Assembly (NCBI GenBank): GCA_012862495.1
Contig: BLSG01000310.1
Span: forward strand, 208,469 to 228,468
Origin: Thraustochytrium aureum
Lineage: Eukaryota
Direction of reading: 5' to 3'
DNA length: 20,000 nucleotides
This document shows positions 1 to 8,247 of this stretch, one piece after another (position 1 is the first letter of the stretch; every line of letters starts with the position of its first letter). A program made the translations under genes and the position numbers. The notes below the pieces were generated by a model, which had not been told where the DNA came from, ran no database searches, and worked only from the letters and a program-made list of their open reading frames with translations.

Positions 1-2109
1 CAGCTTGTCGACGTTCTTCTGAATGAACTTGCCGACCGTGTACTTGACCTCGCCCGCGTAGTGCTTGACGATAAAGCAGTGCTTGATGTCCTTCGGGTGC
101 GGGGTGGGGAAGAGCTTGTTGCTCTTGTAGACGCGGTGCAGGNNNNNNNNNNNNNNNNNNNNNNNNNNNNNNNNNNNNNNNNNNNNNNNNNNNNNNNNNN
201 NNNNNNNNNNNNNNNNNNNNNNNNNNNNNNNNNNNNNNNNNNNNNNNNNNNNNNNNNNNNNNNNNNNNNNNNNNNNNNNNNNNNNNNNNNNNNNNNNNNN
301 NNNNNNNNNNNNNNNNNNNNNNNNNNNNNNNNNNNNNNNNNNNNNNNNNNNNNNNNNNNNNNNNNNNNNNNNNNNNNNNNNNNNNNNNNNNNNNNNNNNN
401 NNNNNNNNNNNNGCTGACGAGCTTCTCGTCCGAGGCCTGCGGGGCGTTGGTCTCGGCATCGATGATGCTCAGCACGCCGAGCTCGTTCTTGTCGCCCTTC
501 CGCCCGCCGAGCAGGACCATGGCCTCCTCGTTGTTGGGCGGCGGCTGGCGGTCGCCCGCGTCCACGAGCAGGCCTTCGCGTTCGTACAGCGCGGCCTCGG
601 CCTCGAAGATCTGCTGGTTGAACGTGTTCTGGAGCGCCTCGTTGGTGTAGTTGATGAGGAGCTGCTCGAAGTCGTTGAACTGGAAGGTCTCAAAGCCAAA
701 GATATCCAGTACGCCGATAAAGGGGTGGTCCTCGTAGTCTGCGTTCTCGGAGAGCGACTCTGTGATCTTCTTGACGAGCCAGTTGAACGTGTTGGTGTAC
801 ACGGTCTTGACCACGGCGTCGAGGGCCACCTTGGCGCTCTCGGCGTCGCGCTTGGCGATGATCTCCTCGCCGACCGTCTTGACCTTGCGCTCGATAAAGA
901 GAGCCGCCAGCTTCTTGGCCTTGATGCCGAGCAGCTGACCGGCCGTCTCGAGGACGTCCTCGTTGACCACCTTGGCCTCGTCGCCCTTGCCGGACTCGTT
1001 CTCATCAAAGACGACGTTGCCGAGGTGAAGCAGGCCCGCGAGGATGGAGAAGAGGGACTCTTGGCCGCCTTCGCCTTCGGTGACGCCGATGGTGTTGAGC
1101 GCGGTGACGAGCTCCTTAAAGTTCTCCTTGTCTTGCTTGGAGAGGTCTGGCAGGCGCATGCTCTGGCGGCTGCCCTTTTGGCCTTGCCAGCGGGCTCCTT
1201 CCCGGCGACGGGAGCCGCGTTGGGCTTGAGGTATTCGAAGGTGTTGCCCTCGAGGCCGAGCTTTTTGCGCAGGCTCTTGTCCGCGCCCGTGGTCAGCTGG
1301 TAGAAAACATGGTAGCCGCGCTCGCCGTCCGAGTGGGCCGTCACGCGCGAGCGCTCGAGCAGGTAGGTCTGCACGCTGGCCCCGTAGATGGTCAGGTCGC
1401 GCGACTTTTTCTTCTTCTTGAAGTGCAGCTTCATGAACTTGCCGAACCGCGACGAGTTCGGGTTGCGCTTGGTTGCGGCGTTTCCGAAGGCCTCCAGGAT
1501 GGGGTTGCTGTCGAGCAGCCGCTGGTCCAGGTCGTCCTTGGACCCGCCCCCGCGCTCCACGAGGTGCTTGAGGACGTACTTGGACGACTCGGTCTTGCCG
1601 GCCCCCGACTCGCCGCCCACCACGATCGACTGGTTCTCGGGGCCCTCGTCAGGGCGCGACGCCGAGAACGAGAGCTGCTGATAGGCGCCCTCCGCGATGG
1701 CGTACGGGTGCGCGACGTTGACCACGCTCGGGCTTCCCAGCGAACCTTTCGGGTCCGCGATGCGCTTGAGCGGGTTGACAGCGACCAGCACGCTGCCGCC
1801 AAGAAAGGTGTAGGGCTCGTCCTGCAAAGCTCTCTCGCGCAAGTTGTGCAGGATGCCCGGCAGGTGAAAGTGCGACAGCGAGGTCATGTCGGCGACGACT
1901 CGGTCGTTCGCGCGGTAAACCTTGGTGTCCTGGTCGTCGAGGTCGAGCTTGGCCTTTCCTGCGTCGCTCTTGATCTTGATGATGGACCCATTGCGCGACG
2001 TGACCGTCCCGATCACCCAGGTGTCGCGGTCCCCGGCCATCCACACCTGGGCGCCGGGCGAGAGCTTGTCCATCCTTTCCAGCACGGGTTTCTTCTTGCT
2101 CTTGCCCAT
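1..2109 (-). CDS. Myosin heavy chain, N-terminal SH3-like and motor domain (3'-partial; frameshift near 1176-1179; gap 143-412)
   Basis: ATG at 2109 (GCCAAG-ATG-G), MGKSKKKP. P-loop GESGAGKTES, NPILEAFGNA, switch I NSSRFGKF, YLLERSRV, ERGYHVFYQL. After a frame change: ILAGLLHLGN, switch II IGVLDIFGFE, FEQLLINYTNEALQ, GVLSIIDAE, and past the gap FIVKHYAGEVKY...KNVD. Confidence 0.97.
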
Positions 2110-2533
2110 CTTGGCGGCGCCAAACCACGCCAANNNNNNNNNNNNNNNNNNNNNNNNNNNNNNNNNNNNNNNNNNNNNNNNNNNNNNNNNNNNNNNNNNN
2201 NNNNNNNNNNNNNNNNNNNNNNNNNNNNNNNNNNNNNNNNNNNNNNNNNNNNNNNNNNNNNNNNNNNNNNNNNNNNNNNNNNNNNNNNNNNNNNNNATCT
2301 TGGCGGCGCCAAACCACGCCAAGCCTCACGTAGCCCCTGCGTGCGCTCCGCCCTGCTCGCCGACCTTCAAGCGCCGCTCCTCGTCACAGCCTCGCCCGCG
2401 CTCGCTCTCCTCCCGCGGCCGCCGCGTCCGCCTGCAGGTTGGGGGTCTGCTGCTGCTGCGTGCGAGCTCACTCTTCCTTCCCCTCCTCGCTGGACCAAAC
2501 AAAGATCAATTTACGAGCTCCTAGATTGATAAA

Positions 2534-2608
2534 TGAGAAAGAAAGAAAGGAAGAAAGAAAGGAAGGAAGAAAGGGGGAAAGAAGTAAGTAAGGGGAGAGG
2601 GGAGGGGC
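2534..2608. repeat. Purine-rich (GAAA)n-like low-complexity tract
   Basis: gagaaagaaagaaaggaagaaagaaaggaaggaag... On the - strand it is a polypyrimidine tract followed by TAG at 2523-2521. Confidence 0.8.
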
Positions 2609-3432
2609 AACTAAACGCTGCACGATGGCCGCTTTGGGCCCGCTCACAGCCGCAAGAGGCAAGCGACGAACGATAGAGGCAGAAACGAAGACTCGCCCGG
2701 GGCCCTGCGGGCGTGGGCGTGTGCAAAGGCAGCCGCCTCACAAGGGCCTCTGAGCGGAGTCCTGCGTTCTGTTCGTTCGTCCCTGCACGGGTTGCTACCC
2801 AGGCCTATTCTGCCCGAAAGGGAAAGAGACGAGAAGAGAAGAGAAACAAGAGGAGGAAACAAGGAATGAAAGAAAGGAAGATCCCTCCTGAATCTCGATT
2901 GTGAGGCGCACTCTGCACAACGACGACCCCGAGTCCGAGACGCACCTTTTCTTTTGCTTTTCTTTCGACTCGGAAGGAAAGGGCGTGCATTTCCGCGCGG
3001 CCGGGTGTGCGAGCGCCATGGCGCCTGCGAGCAGAATTCGTGCTGCTCATTCACAGGTGTTTTTCCAGGATCATGATGATGAGGCCATGCCCCGAGAGAC
3101 GCACTCTCCGGCAGTGCTTCACACCAGGCTGGCACGGCATGAAGCGGAGAAACAAACACCTGTCGAGAACAGCGCCTGGATCAACTCGAACACAACAGCC
3201 TGCCTCGCATTCTCGCTCCCCTGCACCCGTATGGGCGCTCGAACGAGGAGAATTGTCGGAAAAGTGCCCCTCTCATCATTCGAACGAAATGAACGAAAGC
3301 GCGGGTCAGTGGCGTGTGCCCACACGCAAATCAGGCGATCAGGCAGGCACACGCCGACTCCCCTATTCGGACGGAATCGCATCATTCTCGTCGATGTGAT
3401 GAGGCTCGAGTGCGCCTCATCAGTCAGGCTGA

Positions 3433-3481
3433 GCCAGCCTCTGCCGCGCCAGCCTCTGCCCGCGCCAGCCTCTGCCGCGCC
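3433..3481. repeat. 15-bp tandem repeat, about 3.2 copies (GCCAGCCTCTGCCGC)
   Basis: Copies at 3433, 3448 (one extra C) and 3464, read directly. Confidence 0.9.
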
Positions 3482-3522
3482 GGGTCGCGTTGACGATGAT
3501 CGATCGATCGACAGGTACTTAC

Positions 3523-3981
3523 CTCCGATCACTTGATGCCCGAAGATGGCAGAGGGTTGCACACCGCAGGTCCGCCTGCGTCCGATGCGATTCTTGCTCT
3601 GCAAAGCAAATTCTGGCACGCAACCAACTTGACCTCGACCTTTCCGCTCGCGGCCCAATATCCGGGAGCACCGAGCTCTCCCGAACCGCGGTTGCCGACG
3701 ACAGGCCGCCGACGTCGCTTTGAGTGAGATTTGTGGCCCTGGTCGGCCAGAGGCTCAGGTAGCAAGCGCTACTCTCGCCTTGATGAGGTGAAAGGCGTCC
3801 GGGCTCCTCGTACGAGCTCGATCTTTTGCGCTTTGAGGGTCTCTTCCGAGAGGGTCTGTTCCTCGGCGCGACAGGCGCTGGTTTATCGACCGCACTGGAG
3901 GACAAATCCCGAGTCCCTCATCGTTGCGCTTGTTGCGGGACGCGGAGCCAGCTGCAGGCGCTCGATCGTCGGGGACGCCAT
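3523..3981 (-). other. Possible coding exon of a spliced, frameshifted or degenerate gene
   Basis: Polypyrimidine tract plus CAG acceptor at 3993-3991, ATG at 3981, AG|GTAAGT donor at 3522. A continuous frame needs up to three 1-bp corrections. Confidence 0.3.
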
Positions 3982-3996
3982 TTCGAGGCACTGCCA

Positions 3997-4033
3997 AGAA
4001 GAAAGAAAGAAAGCAAGAAAGAAAGAAAGAAAG
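3997..4033. repeat. (GAAA)n microsatellite-like tract next to a gap
   Basis: agaagaaagaaagaaagcaagaaagaaagaaagaaag, read directly. Confidence 0.85.
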
Positions 4034-5355
4034 ATTGTGACAAGTNNNNNNNNNNNNNNNNNNNNNNNNNNNNNNNNNNNNNNNNNNNNNNNNNNNNNNN
4101 NNNNNNNNNNNNNNNNNNNNNNNNNNNNNNNNNNNNNNNNNNNNNNNNNNNNNNNNNNNNNNNNNNNNNNNNNNNNNNNNNNNNNNNNNNNNNNNNNNNN
4201 NNNNNNNNNNNNNNNNNNNNNNNNNNNNNNNNNNNNNNNNNNNNNNNNNNNNNNNNNNNNNNNNNNNNNNNNNNNNNNNNNNNNNNNNNNNNNNNNNNNN
4301 NNNNNNNNNNNNNNNNNNNNNNNNNNNNNNNNNNNNNNNNNNNNNNNNNNNNNNNNNNNNNNNNNNNNNNNNNNNNNNNNNNNNNNNNNNNNNNNNNNNN
4401 NNNNNNNNNNNNNNNNNNNNNNNNNNNNNNNNNNNNNNNNNNNNNNNNNNNNNNNNNNNNNNNNNNNNNNNNNNNNNNNNNNNNNNNNNNNNNNNNNNNN
4501 NNNNNNNNNNNNNNNNNNNNNNNNNNNNNNNNNNNNNNNNNNNNNNNNNNNNNNNNNNNNNNNNNNNNNNNNNNNNNNNNNNNNNNNNNNNNNNNNNNNN
4601 NNNNNNNNNNNNNNNNNNNNNNNNNNNNNNNNNNNNNNNNNNNNNNNNNNNNNNNNNNNNNNNNNNNNNNNNNNNNNNNNNNNNNNNNNNNNNNNNNNNN
4701 NNNNNNNNNNNNNNNNNNNNNNNNNNNNNNNNNNNNNNNNNNNNNNNNNNNNNNNNNNNNNNNNNNNNNNNNNNNNNNNNNNNNNNNNNNNNNNNNNNNN
4801 NNNNNNNNNNNNNNNNNNNNNNNNNNNNNNNNNNNNNNNNNNNNNNNNNNNNNNNNNNNNNNNNNNNNNNNNNNNNNNNNNNNNNNNNNNNNNNNNNNNN
4901 NNNNNNNNNNNNNNNNNNNNNNNNNNNNNNAATCGGGCGAGGCCCCGTGCGCCCATGCGTCTGTTGCCTGTTCTGTCCTGAATTCTGCTTGCAATTCCCG
5001 CGGCCACACACTGCCGCGTTCTGCTCAACGCGCTCGTGCACACCACTTCGCCTCTTTCGCCGAAACCTCCGACTAGCAATAGGTAGAGTAAGAGTACTCT
5101 ACTCGCGCTGCCTCTTAGGAAATGCCGGTATGTCCGCAGGGAAGATTCGAGGAAGAAGGCAAGATACAGAGGGTGTTTCGAGGGCGGCAGGGCGCGAGCG
5201 GCACGAGCTGAACTGCACCAGTACTCGCTTGGCGCAACAGACCGGCATCGAGCGCGTGGGTTGGCTCGTGGCAGCAGCGCGCAGCAGCAGCAGGCCGACG
5301 AGGAGCAGCCGCAAGCGCGTACTGCCGCTGACAGAGGGGAGTGAGCGCAGGCATC

Positions 5356-7539
5356 ATGGGCCAAGCAGACGTGGACGAGCTCCTGGACGAGTACGCCGGC
5401 ATGTTCCCCGACAAGCGGCCGGAAAACGAAGCGGAAGAGGCGGCCTCCAAGGAGCTGAGCGCGAAGAGGAAAGAGTGGCTGACAGAGCAGGCTGCCAAAA
5501 GGGGCTATGAAATGCCCGGCACGCTGCAACGCGAACTTGACAAGGCGCTCAAGAAAAAGCTCAAGAAGAGCGAGCCGAAAAAGCCCAAGGCCGAAGCCGC
5601 GGCGCGACCGCCTGCGCCAACCGGAGAAGACGCCTCAACCGAAGGTGCCGCGCCGGAGCACGCGCATGCCGACGAGTCGGGCGAGGCCAAGGACTTGGAC
5701 GAGCAGATGCGCCGCACGCTGGGCCAGCCCCAGGACAACACGGGCGACGAGCCCAAGAACGGCAAGATATCCTACTTTGTCAACCGACCTGAGGTGCTCG
5801 CCAAGCACCTCCAAGCCACGGGCGGCAAGTGGCAGCTCCGGTTCCCGCCCGAGCCGAACGGCTGGCTGCACATCGGGCATGCCAAGGCGATGAGCGTCAA
5901 CTTTGGCATCGCCAAGGCCAACGGCGGCAACTGCTACATGCGGTTCGACGACACCAACCCAGAGGCAGAAAAGCAAGAGTACATCGACGGCATCCTCGAC
6001 AACCTGGCCTGGCTCGGCCACCAGCCGTTCAAGATCACCTACACTTCCGACTACTTTGAAGAGCTCTTCGAGCTCGCGCGCGAACTGATCCGCCGCGGCA
6101 AGGCCTACGTGTGCCAGCTCACGGGCGCTCAGGTCAAGGCGCAGCGCAACGCCCTCAAGGACTTTCACAACGCCCGCGTCAAAGACGGCAAGCTCGACGA
6201 GTCCGTGCCCTTTCCGACTGCCGACGTCTTCGACGCGAACCGCGAGCAGCTTTCGCCCGAAGAAAACCTGCGCCTGTTCGACATGATGCGCGACGGCCGC
6301 TTTGCCGAAGGCGAGGCCACCCTGCGCATGAAGGGCGACTTTATGTCGAGCAACCCCAACATGTGGGACCACATGGCCTACCGCATCATGTTCAAGTCGC
6401 ACCCGCGCACCAGCGACAAGTGGTGCATTTACCCCACCTACGACTACTCGCACTGCCTGGTCGACTCGATCGAAAACATCACCCACTCGCTCTGCACGCT
6501 CGAGTTCCAGACGCGCCAGGCCAGCGACTCGTCCTACCACTGGCTCCTCGACGCCCTCGGCATGTACCACCCCAAAACGTGGGAGTCGTCGCGCTGCTCC
6601 ATCTCGTACAACGTCATGTCAAAGCGCCGCCTCCAGCGGCTTGTCCTCGACGGCTTCGTCCGCGGCTGGGACGACCCGCGCCTCCTCACGCTCGCCGGCC
6701 TGCGCCGCCGCGGCTACACGCCGACCGCGATCAACACCTTTTGCCGTCGCATTGGCATTGCGCGCTCGTCCAACGAGGTCTGTGTGCCCATGGGCGTGCT
6801 CGAGTCCTGCGTGCGCGCCGAGCTCGACCACGACGCCGAGCGCCGCATGGCCATCATCGACCCGCTCAAGGTCGTCATCACAAACTTCGCCGAGGCAGGG
6901 GCGCCCTGCGCTGTCACAGTGCCAAACCACCCGGCCAAGGGGCGCGAAGAGCTGGGTTCGCGTGAGGTACCCTTCACAGAGACGGTCTACATCCCGCGCG
7001 AAAAGTTCCGCCTTGACATGGTGAAGGGTTACAAGGGCATGTGCCCGGGCACGCCAAAGAACGCGGCTGTGCGCCTCATCAACGCTGCCGTCGTGGAATA
7101 TGAGGGCCACGACGTGGACGCTGCCACGGGCCAGGTTTCTGAGGTGCGTGTACGTCTGCTCAGCTCGGGCCAAGAGGTTGCCAAGGGTCTTAGCGTCGTG
7201 TCCTGGGTCCCTAGCACGGCCCTGCGCGCCAAGGTCCGCATCTATGACCGCCTCTTCAAGGACTGCGAGGTGGACGGCGTCGAGTACCACGCCGAGCGCG
7301 CGGCGAAGGAGAAAGGGGTCGAGTTTACGGACCTTTTCAACTCCGATTCGCTCCGGGAGGAGGATATCCTCGTCGAGCCAGCGCTTGCCGAGGAGCATCT
7401 TGTCGACAAGCGCTGGCAGTTTATTACGGTTGGCTATTTTTGCATCGACCGAGTCGACTCCAAGCCAGAGGCGCCGATCTTCAACCTCATCGTTTCGCTG
7501 CGCGAGGACAAGACCAAGGCGCAGCCGCCGCCCTCGTAG
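5356..7539 (+). CDS. QARS: Glutaminyl-tRNA synthetase (class I), 727 aa, intronless
   Basis: ATG at 5356, TAG at 7537-7539. RFPPEPNGWLHIGHAKA (HIGH), RFDDTNPEAE, YPTYDYSH, ITHSLCTLEF, VMSKR, GWDDPRL, RRRGYTP, RMAIIDPLKVVI. KHLQATGGK ahead of the core is the eukaryotic type. Confidence 0.95.
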   Translation: MGQADVDELLDEYAGMFPDKRPENEAEEAASKELSAKRKEWLTEQAAKRGYEMPGTLQRELDKALKKKLKKSEPKKPKAEAAARPPAPTGEDASTEGAAPEHAHADESGEAKDLDEQMRRTLGQPQDNTGDEPKNGKISYFVNRPEVLAKHLQATGGKWQLRFPPEPNGWLHIGHAKAMSVNFGIAKANGGNCYMRFDDTNPEAEKQEYIDGILDNLAWLGHQPFKITYTSDYFEELFELARELIRRGKAYVCQLTGAQVKAQRNALKDFHNARVKDGKLDESVPFPTADVFDANREQLSPEENLRLFDMMRDGRFAEGEATLRMKGDFMSSNPNMWDHMAYRIMFKSHPRTSDKWCIYPTYDYSHCLVDSIENITHSLCTLEFQTRQASDSSYHWLLDALGMYHPKTWESSRCSISYNVMSKRRLQRLVLDGFVRGWDDPRLLTLAGLRRRGYTPTAINTFCRRIGIARSSNEVCVPMGVLESCVRAELDHDAERRMAIIDPLKVVITNFAEAGAPCAVTVPNHPAKGREELGSREVPFTETVYIPREKFRLDMVKGYKGMCPGTPKNAAVRLINAAVVEYEGHDVDAATGQVSEVRVRLLSSGQEVAKGLSVVSWVPSTALRAKVRIYDRLFKDCEVDGVEYHAERAAKEKGVEFTDLFNSDSLREEDILVEPALAEEHLVDKRWQFITVGYFCIDRVDSKPEAPIFNLIVSLREDKTKAQPPPS

Positions 7540-8247
7540 GTTGCCAAGCAGGGTGGCTTCGGTTATGCCAGACCGCGATGGCCCTTGCTCTCGCTCAACT
7601 CCAGCTCTAGAGCTCTCGTGGACAGAGCGGGAGCCACAGTAGCTCTCCCTTCCTAAAGGCAAGACCAGAGTTTCGCAAGCAATCTTCCATTGATACTCCA
7701 AGGTGTTTTAAAATGTACTCTGGGTAAACTCGATTGACCAAGAAAAGCTCGAATGGGGCGCGGCCAGCACCAAGGCCCCTGTTCGTTCATATTTCAGGCC
7801 CTACCACCTCGAACCCTGCGCGGCCCGACCTGTTCCTGCCTGTCGTGCCCAAGCAATGGAATGGCTTGCTCTCGCACCACGCAGAGCTAGAGCAGAGAGA
7901 GATGGCGCGAGAGCTCCACCAATCCTATCGTGACCTCGTTAAGAGGGACGCTCGTGGGCCGCCAGCGCCGACCAAANNNNNNNNNNNNNNNNNNNNNNNN
8001 NNNNNNNNNNNNNNNNNNNNNNNNNNNNNNNNNNNNNNNNNNNNNNNNNNNNNNNNNNNNNNNNNNNNNNNNNNNNNNNNNNNNNNNNNNNNNNNNNNNN
8101 NNNNNNNNNNNNNNNNNNNNNNNNNNNNNNNNNNNNNNNNNNNNNNNNNNNNNNNNNNNNNNNNNNNNNNNNNNNNNNNNNNNNNNNNNNNNNTCCTCGC
8201 TGCCCGACATGATTCGAGGTGGGGTGAACAGGCTGTGGCCTGGACTG

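Noticed and set aside
2089..2109. N-myristoylation of the myosin (MGKSKKK)
   Set aside because: Gly2 and basic residues are present, but the preferred Ser/Thr at position 6 is missing. Too weak to call.
2108..2322. 26-bp direct repeat ATCTTGGCGGCGCCAAACCACGCCAA on both sides of gap 2134-2296, resembling a target-site duplication or an N-terminal myosin extension
   Set aside because: Identical sequence abutting both gap edges is typical of an unmerged contig overlap, so the gap is probably spurious. The myosin start was set at 2109.
3731..5529. ORFs of 360-550 aa spanning gap 4046-4930, and similar ones over other gaps
   Set aside because: Their length comes from translated N runs.
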